Part shown: piece after piece, positions 32,313-41,298 of the stretch | How positions within the stretch are numbered: position 1 is the stretch's first letter | Layout: the number at the start of each line of letters is the position of its first letter | NCBI GenBank assembly: GCA_963796285.1 | Contig: CAWCKW010000012.1 | Coordinates: 1,504,001 to 1,568,000, forward strand | Length of the DNA stretch: 64,000 nt | Source: Nitrospirota bacterium | GTDB lineage: Bacteria > Nitrospirota > UBA9217 | Reading direction: 5' to 3' | Notes under the pieces: generated by a model | The model's input: only the letters and a program-made list of their open reading frames with translations | The model's database searches: none | What the model was told of the DNA's origin: nothing | Position numbers and translations under genes: made by a program

Positions 32313-33677
32313 TCAAACATACTCCCTCAGCATTTTGCTCCGCGCGGGATGGCGCAACTTTTTGAGCGCCTTGATCTCGATCTGCCTTATCCTCTCACGC
32401 GTGAGATTGAAGAACTTGCCTACCTCTTCGAGCGTGTGCTCGCTATTCACTCCGATACCAAACCGCATCCTGATTATTTTCTCTTCCCGCTCGGTGAGCG
32501 ATGAAAGTACTTGTTCGATGCGGCTTGAAGCTTCGCTGTTCTCAAGTGTCTTGAAGGGAGAAATGGCTTTCTCATCGATGATTACGTCCTTGAGTTCCTT
32601 CTCTTCCGAGAGGATCGGTGTTTCCAGGGATACCGGCTCCTGGATCGCCCTTAGGATCTCGTTCACCCGAATCACCGAAAGCCCCATGATCTTCGACACT
32701 TCTTCGGGCGCAGGTTCCCTTCCCTTTTCACGCATGAACTTGGCAAAGATACGGCTGATGCGGGTGCTCTCCTCGATAAGGTGCACCGGCAGCCGAATGG
32801 TACGCGCCTGGTCCAGAATGGCACGGGTAATCCTCTGCCTGATCCACCACGTGGAATAGGTACTGAACTTGGTCCCCTTCCCTGACTCATACCGGTCTGA
32901 GGCCTTCATCAGGCCAATGTTGCCTTCCTGGATAAGGTCGAGGAGCGTCAAACCCCGATTAACGTATTTTTTTGCGATCGAAACCACAAGCCGCATATTT
33001 GCCTGGACCAGTACGTCCTTGGCCTCCTTTACCTTGGCCTCCACTTTATCGATGCGGCTGACCATGTCCATGAGGGTAAACTCATCGAGCCCGAGTTTCT
33101 CCATCTCAACGGTGATGCCTCGCTCTGCCTGCTTGCCTAATCCCGCGAGCTTCTTGAGCATCTTCTCGATCTCGCGGAATGAGAGGCTCATTTCGTTCAC
33201 CGTAGCCGTTGCCCGTTCCATATCACGTCTGGCCACCTGCCTCTTAAGCCTGTTGTAGAGGCGCATGAACTCCGCCTCGTACGAGTCTTTCCACTCGCCG
33301 GGGAAACGAAGAACATCCTGCGCTTTCACGAGCCCCTGCTTGACGTTCGCGCCCAGTGCCAAGACCCTCGGGATCGCGAGCGGAGAACTCAGCGCGATCT
33401 CCTTAAGCACAGCCTTTCCTTCCTCAAGCGTACGCACATATTCCTGCTCCTCTTCGATCTTGAGCATGGGGAATCTGCCCACGGATTTGAGATAAGTATC
33501 GACCAAGTCAGCGCCTGTAACGGCCACCTCTTCGGCAACCTCAGCAACCTCGGCTGGAGAAGGTTCCTCGTCTTCCTCTTCTTCGTCAGCGAACTCGTCC
33601 GCAAGGTCCTCCAACACTTCCTCGGGCACCCCATCGGGATATCCGCTCTTTTCTTCTGATAATGCTATCTTGCTCAT
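32313..33677 (-). CDS. RpoD-like sigma-70 factor
   Basis: ANMRLVVSIAKKY, DLIQEGNIGLM, FSTY.TWWIRQ, TLEEVG..F..TRERIRQIE; short acidic N-terminus. Confidence 0.92.
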   Translation of the reverse strand: MSKIALSEEKSGYPDGVPEEVLEDLADEFADEEEEDEEPSPAEVAEVAEEVAVTGADLVDTYLKSVGRFPMLKIEEEQEYVRTLEEGKAVLKEIALSSPLAIPRVLALGANVKQGLVKAQDVLRFPGEWKDSYEAEFMRLYNRLKRQVARRDMERATATVNEMSLSFREIEKMLKKLAGLGKQAERGITVEMEKLGLDEFTLMDMVSRIDKVEAKVKEAKDVLVQANMRLVVSIAKKYVNRGLTLLDLIQEGNIGLMKASDRYESGKGTKFSTYSTWWIRQRITRAILDQARTIRLPVHLIEESTRISRIFAKFMREKGREPAPEEVSKIMGLSVIRVNEILRAIQEPVSLETPILSEEKELKDVIIDEKAISPFKTLENSEASSRIEQVLSSLTEREEKIIRMRFGIGVNSEHTLEEVGKFFNLTRERIRQIEIKALKKLRHPARSKMLREYV

Positions 33678-33842
33678 ACAACCCACCTTTCATCTCTTTC
33701 TAGTTCAATTATAGCAAATACAGCTATCAGGTCAAACTTTTATTTTATCAAGCAGAGAAAGTGCATATAACCTCGTTCGCGTGAGCAGAACAAGCTTTGT
33801 GTACATTTCAGTTATTTTTTGGCCTGAGATGTCGCGACTTCC

Positions 33843-33960
33843 CCGGACTGGGCACTGGACTTCCTCTTCGGCATTGGCGGGAGTGCGGGCATGTATATCG
33901 GCGCGCGGTTCCAGAAATAGGTGCCTCGGGCATATCAGCAAGCTCATGCTGGGTATCATG
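33843..33960 (+). pseudogene. C-terminal relic of a TauE/SafE (TSUP) transporter
   Basis: Translates PDWALDFLFGIGGSAGMYIGARFQK*VP then, shifted, KLMLGI; typical TSUP C-terminus with in-frame stop. Confidence 0.6.
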
Positions 33961-34003
33961 CAGCCTTTTTCTTTCACCATAAACTTCTGCTGACAGCCAA
34001 GAG

Positions 34004-34600
34004 CTACTTGAGTCTCCTGCTGCCCGGCTTTACCGGCTTACTGCCCCCCTTGCACTGCGGACAGGTCTCCGCCGTATACGTGGGAACATTCAGCGTTACG
34101 AGGGATTTGTACGGTACCCCGATATCCGCTTTGCCGCCGGAACGGTCAACAAGCGAAGCTGCGGCAATGACGACCCCGCCCGCCTGCTGCACGACCTTGA
34201 TGGTCTCCTTCGTCGACTTGCCTGTCGTGATCACATCTTCCACCACAAGGACCCTCTCACCCGGTTTGATCGTGAATCCGCGCCGAAGTGTTAGTTCACC
34301 GTCCGCTCGTTCGGCGAACAGTGCGCGCACTCCCAATGCTCGCGCCGTTTCGTGAGACACGAACACACCGCCCAGTGCCGGCGCGATGACGACGTCGATC
34401 ATTAAATCCTTAAAGTTGTCCGCAAGGGCTGCGCAGAGCTTCGTCGCGATCTCCGGTTGCTGAAGTACGAGCGCGCTCTGCAGATACTGTTCGCTGTGGA
34501 GGCCTGATGAGAGCAGAAAGTGTCCGTTAAGCAGCGCCCCGGTCTTTTTGTAAATGTCCAATACCTGTTCTGATGTCATGTCCTTACCCCTTAGATTCAT
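34004..34600 (-). CDS. pyrE: Orotate phosphoribosyltransferase
   Basis: GHF.LSSG.HS..Y, VVEDVITTGKS, KPGSR; follows pyrF. Confidence 0.94.
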   Translation of the reverse strand: MNLRGKDMTSEQVLDIYKKTGALLNGHFLLSSGLHSEQYLQSALVLQQPEIATKLCAALADNFKDLMIDVVIAPALGGVFVSHETARALGVRALFAERADGELTLRRGFTIKPGERVLVVEDVITTGKSTKETIKVVQQAGGVVIAAASLVDRSGGKADIGVPYKSLVTLNVPTYTAETCPQCKGGSKPVKPGSRRLK

Positions 34601-34631
34601 TTGCTGCAGCGTTTACAGAGATCACAGAGCA

Positions 34632-34701
34632 AGTTATGGTTCCTATTTGATGGTTCATGGAGAATAGACTCTCACAAGAACTATGAGCCATGAACTCAGA
34701 A
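34632..34701. repeat. Heptamer-repeat hairpin (GTTCATG / CATGAAC type)
   Basis: AGTTATG GTTCCTA TTTGATG GTTCATG then CTATGAG CCATGAA CTCAGAA. Confidence 0.5.
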
Positions 34702-34739
34702 CGACATCCTGTGACTTCCGCGTGCATCCCCGTGAGCAT

Positions 34740-35465
34740 TTATTTTATTTCTTCAAGAATTTTCTCCACCGCGGCCTTCCGGTCCCTTGCTTTGAGCACC
34801 GGCCTCCCGACAACGATATAGTCAGCGCCGGCCTTGAGCGCCTCTCCCGGCGTCATGACCCGCTTCTGGTCGTCCTTATCCGCCCATGCAGGTCTTACGC
34901 CCGGCGTGAGAATGACGAATTCTCCACGAACGACCCGGCGCAGCATCTTGATCTCCTGCGGTGAGGCGACCACTCCGTGCATTCCCGCACGCTGTGCCAG
35001 CCGCGCCAGGTGGGCTACCTCGCGCTGGAGCGAACGCGTTATTTTGAGCTCTTTTCGCATACTTTTTTCGTCCATGCTCGTGAGGATGGTGACCGCGAGT
35101 AACGTCGGCACCGGCACGTTGTATTTTCCCGCTGTTTCCTTCGCCGATTCGACCGCCGCCCTCATCATGTCGATCCCGCCCAGGGAATGCACATTGAAAA
35201 TGCTCACGCCGAGTTTCACTGCCTCGGCAGATGCTTTGGCCACGGTGTTCGGAATATCGTGGTATTTGAGGTCAAGAAATACGCGACCGCCCATGCCGAT
35301 GATTCGGCGCACGATGTCCGGACCGTATGCGGTAAAGAGCTGATGACCGACCTTGAACACACCAACGGAATCCTTGAGTTCGGCAACGATAGCAAGGGCG
35401 TCACGATCGTTGTCAACATCCAGCGCGAGTGCAATGCGGTCTCTAGCGGTAATTGTATTGACCAT
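34740..35465 (-). CDS. pyrF: Orotidine-5'-phosphate decarboxylase
   Basis: LALD, FLDLKYHDIPNTV, VTILTS, TPGVRP, DDQKRV.TP, VVGRP. Confidence 0.96.
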   Translation of the reverse strand: MVNTITARDRIALALDVDNDRDALAIVAELKDSVGVFKVGHQLFTAYGPDIVRRIIGMGGRVFLDLKYHDIPNTVAKASAEAVKLGVSIFNVHSLGGIDMMRAAVESAKETAGKYNVPVPTLLAVTILTSMDEKSMRKELKITRSLQREVAHLARLAQRAGMHGVVASPQEIKMLRRVVRGEFVILTPGVRPAWADKDDQKRVMTPGEALKAGADYIVVGRPVLKARDRKAAVEKILEEIK

Positions 35466-35512
35466 AAGATGAAAAAGCTTTTACGCCGGCTCCTGACTTT
35501 TGACCCGGCCCG

Positions 35513-36083
35513 TTAATAGATCCTGAGCAAGCTCAACAATCGGTCCTTGAACACTTCTGCCAATACCTGCAGGCGCGGCGGAAGCAGAAACTTGTTCGCG
35601 TTGTTGGAAAACAGGACCCATGCCTCGTGGGGGAAATCCTGGGTCTCCTGAGACAGTTCCAGGTGCAGATGAACCATCGGCAATGCCTGGATCGAAATTG
35701 CCATGTCGCTGCCGATGAGACTCGGCACTGTTTTGGCGTTCACCATGGGCAGGAGGGTGTTTGCACGGGTAATGATCTCCGCCGCATAGTTGACGATCGG
35801 CAGTTCTACTCTTTTCCTGAAATCCGGCGACGGTTGACCGGAGAAACCGCCGATCGTGCGCCAGGGTAGCAGGTCCAGCGACGTCCCGGATGAAGAATAG
35901 ATAGTCGAGGATCACGGCTGCATGGACTTCGGGCGCCTGCTGGCCATGAAGAAAAATACCGTCGTGATGGATAACATACTCCTGTCCAAGCATGTCGAGG
36001 AGAAGTGTATCCTCTTCGTCATTATAGAGAGCACAGATACGGTCCGCTTGTTCCGGAAATGAGGTATGCGCCAGGGATTTCAC
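35513..36083 (-). CDS. DUF3786-like protein (frameshifted)
   Basis: Joined ORFs show LG.EY.I, ILDYL, ALP.V.L.L, FP..A.VLF..NA..FL, similar to the C-terminal part of 1-789. Confidence 0.55.
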
Positions 36084-36216
36084 AGCAGTCTCCGGCGTTG
36101 AATCTTTTCAAGGGGAATTACACCGGCACCCGGGGAAAAGGTCATCAGAAAATTCGGGAATACCCAAGGCGTGAGGAGCGATCCTGATAGGATAGGGAAA
36201 AGGCAAGGCCATGGTG

Positions 36217-36703
36217 TCAGACTTCCTGTTTTATTCGCTGGATGATTTCGGCGATCAAGTCCTGAAAATTGATTTGAAGCTGGATAATATCGGAAGGGAA
36301 GCGCTCCTCGAACTGATAATCGGCCTGCATCCAGCAGAAAGAGGCTGAAAATAATCTCCTTTACCTGGGCCTTTAAGCCGCCGAACAGGTCCTTGGACGA
36401 TATAAGTCGGTTTTCGACAAGGATCGCCCCCAGTTGTTTCAATCCCAGATTTTTCTTGTGAAGTTGGGTCGCATACTCCAGGTTCTCACGCGTAAGCATG
36501 CCGGTTTTAACGAGGACATCACCAAGCCGGTCATGGCTGATGTTGGACGTTGCAAAAACGATCTGGCCGATCTTAAAATAAATGCACTTTTTCAAACCGC
36601 CGCTGCTCACGATCAAGGTGCCAGTGGCTTTTTTCTGGCGCAGTTGTTCCAAAACATCCACGAGCGGTGTAAACGATATTTTTCCTGAAAGCGCAATAGA
36701 CAT
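36217..36703 (-). CDS. DUF4388 (PATAN-like) domain protein (frameshift near 36325)
   Basis: LSG.I....L.DVL..L......GTL, IYF..G.IVFA.S, RLG..LV..G, LG.ILV. Confidence 0.7.
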
Positions 36704-36804
36704 TAGATGATTTTACATGGGAGAGAAGAACCCATTTGCCTGCTCATCACCGCATCGTTGTCGACAGCCACACGTCCAAAAAACCGCCAGCAGTGCAGTT
36801 AAGC

Positions 36805-37431
36805 TTAATACTCAAACCTGATCCCGGCTCCACCCATCAGTTTGGAACCGGATTTCAGTTCCAGGAGGACCATGAATTTCTGGCTCAGCTTCCATTCCAA
36901 GCCGCCGAAAACATTCAGCGATGTATTGTTGTCATCAGGCAGCGATCCGCGTAACACTGCCATCTCGAGGCCGCCATAGGGAGTGAATTTATATCCGCGA
37001 TCGGCCAGCGAGAACCCCTTGCTCACAATTGTAGAAAACGACGTAACGGTTGCATTTTTGCTGTGGATGATCGTATTGTCCAACCCTAAGTCCACCGCAA
37101 GGTCGATGGGCACCCCTTCGGTTTCCTTGATGATCTGATACTTAAAATCAGCGCCGACCAACGCGCCAACACTTTCGCCCGAATCGATCGAAGCGGACGT
37201 GAGCCCGAACTTTACGCCCACTTCCATCATCGCCCCTAATCCATAGCGGACTTCGGGATAGTAGTTTTTATAGTGGTCTCCAAGCGTAAACTGAATGCCG
37301 GCCTGGGTCATGCCCGAGTCGAGGCTCTCCGCAGTGGTAAATTCAGCCTGGGTAAAACGGGGGGTCGCACCCACCTGGCCGGCTAATAGGACGAGCATGA
37401 TTCCTGCGCACAGCGTAACTATTTTTTTCAT
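36805..37431 (-). CDS. Exported protein, probable outer-membrane beta-barrel
   Basis: Signal peptide, alternating Gly/aromatic strands, C-terminal GIRFEY. Confidence 0.6.
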   Translation of the reverse strand: MKKIVTLCAGIMLVLLAGQVGATPRFTQAEFTTAESLDSGMTQAGIQFTLGDHYKNYYPEVRYGLGAMMEVGVKFGLTSASIDSGESVGALVGADFKYQIIKETEGVPIDLAVDLGLDNTIIHSKNATVTSFSTIVSKGFSLADRGYKFTPYGGLEMAVLRGSLPDDNNTSLNVFGGLEWKLSQKFMVLLELKSGSKLMGGAGIRFEY

Positions 37432-37638
37432 TCTCTTGCCCCCTCTTTTGTGTAATGGTTTTTCAACACACCGCCTCAAAATATAACATCAAACATCTGG
37501 ATTGACAAGAAAAAAATCAGTGGGTGGAAAAAGCCGGGGAAGAGTGCACAGGTTCTACGGTTTGGGAAATAAGCGGAATTTCAGGAGCGGAGCGCGGGTA
37601 CGATCTGATAGGGGCGGGCAGCGGAACCGCGCACCGTG

Positions 37639-38175
37639 TCAGCCGTCCCTGTCCAGTTCAACATTCCAGTAGAGGTAATCGCGCCAGCTCAAAGGCGCAT
37701 TCTTGATCCCAAGCGTAAGCGTGACCACCGGCATCCACTTGGGTTTCACCGGCGGTCTGATCAGCCTCATTTTCGCCTCTCGCGGGGTCCTGCCTCCTTT
37801 TCTATTGTTGCAGGCGAGGCAGGCGGTCACGATGTTCTCCCAGGTGGCGTCACCGCCCTGCACTTGCGGGATGACGTGGTCGAAGGTAAGGTCCTCGGCA
37901 TGATATTTCACACCGCAATATTGACAGACGTATTTGTCGCGCTGGTAAATGTTGGCCCGGGAAAACCGCACTTCGCGGCTCGCTCGCCTGATCTTGACAA
38001 GCTTGAGCAAACGGAGGATCGAGGGAAGCCTGAAGGTGAGGGACACTCCCCGGATGTCCCGGTCGTAAGAGTCGATCACCTCGACCTTGCCCTGAGTGAG
38101 CAGGGTGATCGCCCTCTGCCAGGAAATGATCTTTAGCGGTTCAAATGTTGCGTTCAGAAGCAGCGTCCGTTCCAT
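37639..38175 (-). CDS. HNH endonuclease family protein
   Basis: LLLNA.FEPL, RD...CQYCG, TFDHVIP...GG...WEN.VTAC..CN.RKG. Confidence 0.92.
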   Translation of the reverse strand: MERTLLLNATFEPLKIISWQRAITLLTQGKVEVIDSYDRDIRGVSLTFRLPSILRLLKLVKIRRASREVRFSRANIYQRDKYVCQYCGVKYHAEDLTFDHVIPQVQGGDATWENIVTACLACNNRKGGRTPREAKMRLIRPPVKPKWMPVVTLTLGIKNAPLSWRDYLYWNVELDRDG

Positions 38176-38280
38176 TCAGACCCTCGGTGAATACCAGACT
38201 TCTTGAAATCGATATCCCCAGTGAACCGGAAACACAATAACACGCTCATTGAGGTATAAAAATACAGAATATAGTACCAT

Positions 38281-38309
38281 TTGTCAATAGGTTTGAAACT
38301 TTGTATAAT
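38281..38309 (+). promoter_or_regulatory. Sigma70 promoter, likely leaderless
   Basis: TTGTCA-17-TATAAT, 6 nt before ATG 38316. Confidence 0.7.
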
Positions 38310-38315
38310 GGGACC

Positions 38316-39211
38316 ATGTCCGAATCAGAGGAGCTACGAAGTGCGCAGGCAGCGGCTGCAAGCGAGGAGGAGATCGCCAGGTTTCTCCATGATCCCTCTC
38401 CCCGGGTCATGCGCGCGCTGCTCGAAAACAGGCGCCTGGCAGAAGAAGACGTCCTGATCATCGTGAAGAGAAAGAACCTGCCTTCGGACATCCTGGTAAT
38501 GGTCTTTAAGGACAAGCGCTGGGCCGAGAGTTACCCGGTCCGACTGGCGCTCGCCAGGAATCCACGGTCACCGCTCTCGGTCTCGCTGACCATCGCCCGC
38601 TACCTCCGCTTCTTCGACCTCGAAGAGATAACCCGCAGCCATTTCATCCCCCTTGTCTTCAGGCACAAGGTTGAAATGATCATCAACGAGCGGATCCCCA
38701 CCATGCCGCTCGGGAACAAGAAAACGCTCGCCAAGAAAGCTGCCGGCGGTGTCCTGCTCAAATTGCTTCTGGACGCCGATGCCGAGGTCGTGAAGCTCTG
38801 TCTCAATAACCCCCATATCACCGAGGGTCACCTCTTCAAGGTCATCAGCCGCAGAGACACGCGAGCAGAGACGATCCGGATGATCGCGGAACACCCGAAC
38901 TGGTCAAGCCGCTCGCTGATACGGTTCTCCCTGGTCCGCAATGCGACTACACCCCTCTCTCTTTCTCAGTACGCTTTCTTTCGGAGATGAAGATCATGGA
39001 CCTGCGGGAGCTCTATGCCGATCCGTCAGTGCCCGTGACCATCAGGCCGTTCATACACCGCGAACTATGGGTGCGCGGAGAAGAACCGTCGCTGGAGGTG
39101 AAAGAACACATTTTTGAAATAGACGAGGAAGAAATGGCGGAGATAGAGGCTGAAGGAACGATGCCCGAGATCGTCGATGAGGAGGAACAGCAGAGAAGCG
39201 ATGCTGAATGA
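38316..39211 (+). CDS. Hypothetical helical-repeat protein (frameshift near 38965)
   Basis: Repeated LL.N/ALARNP/L.NP units; acidic tail in second ORF 38987-39211. Confidence 0.6.
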
Positions 39212-39283
39212 AGTACCTTCTCTGCGTCTCCGCGTCTCGGCGGTCAAAGTCGATGTGCTCCGATGTTATCTAATATCACCCTG

Positions 39284-40417
39284 CTACTTCAGAATTTTGA
39301 GCGCCCATCCCCTGCCTACCGTGATCGCGCCCTGGGGACAGAATTCCTGACAGCAGAAACAGCGAATGCAGTCTCGATAGCGTATCTCCAGTACCCCGTC
39401 CCTGTTCTCGATCGCTCCCTGCGGGCAGTGGCCCTGGCAGATCCCGCACTGGATGCATGAGCGGTTGTTGATCACCGGTTTCGTGGTCAATGCGTCCTTG
39501 AGCACCAGCCTCGCCCATTCAGGGAGACGCCATTCGAGGTGTTCCTGCGGCGGCAATCGAAACTGTTTGACCGCCACGCTCGCGATGGATTCGCCAAAGA
39601 CCCTGATGCGGTCTAGCTGCGTTTCTCCATATCCTGCTGTCGCGGCCGCTCGAATGAGGGGAAGTTTTTCCAACGATACACCCAGCACACTGCTTGAGAC
39701 CACATCCACTGCCACCGGGTCCTGACCTGCGATCACCACACCGATCTGCCGCGGTTCGCCGCTGCCGGGACCGTTTCCTTCCATCCCGATGACCGCATCC
39801 ATGATCGTGAGCCGCGGCTTGAGCAGCGCGCAGAGCTCGTTCAGCATGGTCGCAAAAAGCTCGTGATTCACACCGGTATTGAAATGCCACTGGACCTTTC
39901 GCTTGCCGGGCACACACCCGAAGAGGTTCTTGACCGCCCCCGTGAGCGTCGTCATGCCGTGGGTCTTGAGCTTCGGAAGATTGATGATCGCATCCGCTTC
40001 GTATGCCGCACGGGCGATCTCGAAGCGCTGGAACCTGCCCTGGTTCCTGACCTGCACGACCTCGTCCAGTTCCACCAGCGTTGCGCCTTCCTCATTCACT
40101 ACGTCCAGGATACCGGCCTTCTCGCACACTTTCCGGAGATCTCCCATGCCGGGGCTGTCGCCCACCATCGGCTCGCCGCCCGCCTCGCGCACGAGCCTGA
40201 TCACGGCCCGCACGACCTCGGGGTGCGTGGTCACCGCCGCTTCCGGCGCCTTGCCCTTGAGCAGGTTCGGTTTGATGAGCACCCGCTCGCCGGGTTTCAC
40301 GAAGGCGTGCATCCCTCCCAGCAGGTCAACGGCCTGCTTGACCGCAGCAAAAATCCGCTCACGGTCATAATCGGCACAGCGCACAATGGAGACAGCTGAT
40401 GAAGTATGTTTAGTCAT
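39284..40417 (-). CDS. DUF362 protein with C-terminal 2x[4Fe-4S] ferredoxin domain
   Basis: VLIKPNL, TTHP, NLPKLKTH, AVKNLFG, GMEGNGP, CIQCGICQGHCP, CIRCFCCQEFCP. Confidence 0.9.
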   Translation of the reverse strand: MTKHTSSAVSIVRCADYDRERIFAAVKQAVDLLGGMHAFVKPGERVLIKPNLLKGKAPEAAVTTHPEVVRAVIRLVREAGGEPMVGDSPGMGDLRKVCEKAGILDVVNEEGATLVELDEVVQVRNQGRFQRFEIARAAYEADAIINLPKLKTHGMTTLTGAVKNLFGCVPGKRKVQWHFNTGVNHELFATMLNELCALLKPRLTIMDAVIGMEGNGPGSGEPRQIGVVIAGQDPVAVDVVSSSVLGVSLEKLPLIRAAATAGYGETQLDRIRVFGESIASVAVKQFRLPPQEHLEWRLPEWARLVLKDALTTKPVINNRSCIQCGICQGHCPQGAIENRDGVLEIRYRDCIRCFCCQEFCPQGAITVGRGWALKILK

Positions 40418-40735
40418 ACATTATTATAAAGCATCTCAAGAGAATAGCGACGGAGCATTTGCAGATTATTTCTGTTGATCCGAAGTCTGCTTCTTATCTC
40501 GCGACTTTTGTAAAAACAATGGCATTTGATCAGATCGGGAATCAGCCAGCGTATATTTGCGCTGGCAATCGAGAAAATCCCCGATCCATTTCCTGCAATC
40601 AGCATGGCGGGAAATGGGGATTATCGCTTTTTCATTACATCTTCGTATGCTGAAGAAATCTCGTTTGGAATTGGAAGTATAAATGGTTGACCTCGTCCGG
40701 ACTAATATCCGAAAATGCATGTTCGTCAGTTTTAA

Positions 40736-40806
40736 ACTGTAATGAAATTAGACATATACGTCAAGTAATATTTTTCCTTGACGGTAAAAAAGCAACCTGC
40801 TAAAGT
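40736..40806. promoter_or_regulatory. Back-to-back sigma70 promoters
   Basis: Rightward TTGACG(40778)-17-TAAAGT with TG extension; leftward TTGACG(40764)-17-TACAGT. Confidence 0.65.
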
Positions 40807-40844
40807 CGATTCCTGTAACTGCTCAATAACTATTTAGCCATTGA

Positions 40845-41063
40845 ATGAATATGAATAAACTACTCCGTTATATTATGGGTGGTATGGTCTTTCTTCTTGG
40901 ATGCTATCTAACCGTCCTTGAAATCGGGATCACATATTCTGAATGGCGAGTATTGCAATCACCAGGCAATGTGACCAGACAATTAGCAATGGTTGCCTTA
41001 TTCACTTTGATAGGGCTTTCAATAGCTTATGGAGGGATTCGAATAATAAGGAAGAAAGAGTAA
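40845..41063 (+). CDS. Small two-TM membrane protein, gene-cassette ORF
   Basis: 72 aa, two hydrophobic helices, AT-rich, followed by attC. Confidence 0.65.
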   Translation: MNMNKLLRYIMGGMVFLLGCYLTVLEIGITYSEWRVLQSPGNVTRQLAMVALFTLIGLSIAYGGIRIIRKKE

Positions 41064-41113
41064 GACTCACAGATTAATTCAGTTGTCCGGAACAATAAGC
41101 AACAGAAGGACAA

Positions 41114-41173
41114 GGCTAACAGCCGGGTCGAGAACGACGCGCTAGAAACGCGCGTCTCACCCGTGCGTTAAAA
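41114..41173 (+). mobile_element. Integron attC recombination site
   Basis: GGCTAAC ... CGGGTCGAG / CTCACCCG with one extrahelical base, inner ACGCGC/GCGCGT stem, ends GTTAAAA; 60 bp. Confidence 0.8.
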
Positions 41174-41227
41174 AAGCACGATCGATATACGGAATATTTG
41201 CCCGCACAGCACCCGCACAGCATGTCC

Positions 41228-41256
41228 TTGACAAATGTCCTTCATTGTCTTACTCT
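41228..41256 (+). promoter_or_regulatory. Sigma70 promoter of REC-LpxC gene
   Basis: TTGACA-17-TACTCT. Confidence 0.6.
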
Positions 41257-41298
41257 GTTAACTATTCAAATCGCAATGAACACCAGGCATAACCTTAT

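Noticed and set aside
37639-38175. HNH gene as an IscB/Cas9-like RNA-guided nuclease
   Set aside because: Only 178 aa, no RuvC motifs, no adjacent array or evident structured RNA; fits a widespread stand-alone HNH family.
40466-40720. IntI integrase remnant upstream of the cassette
   Set aside because: No tyrosine-recombinase motifs in the frames I read.
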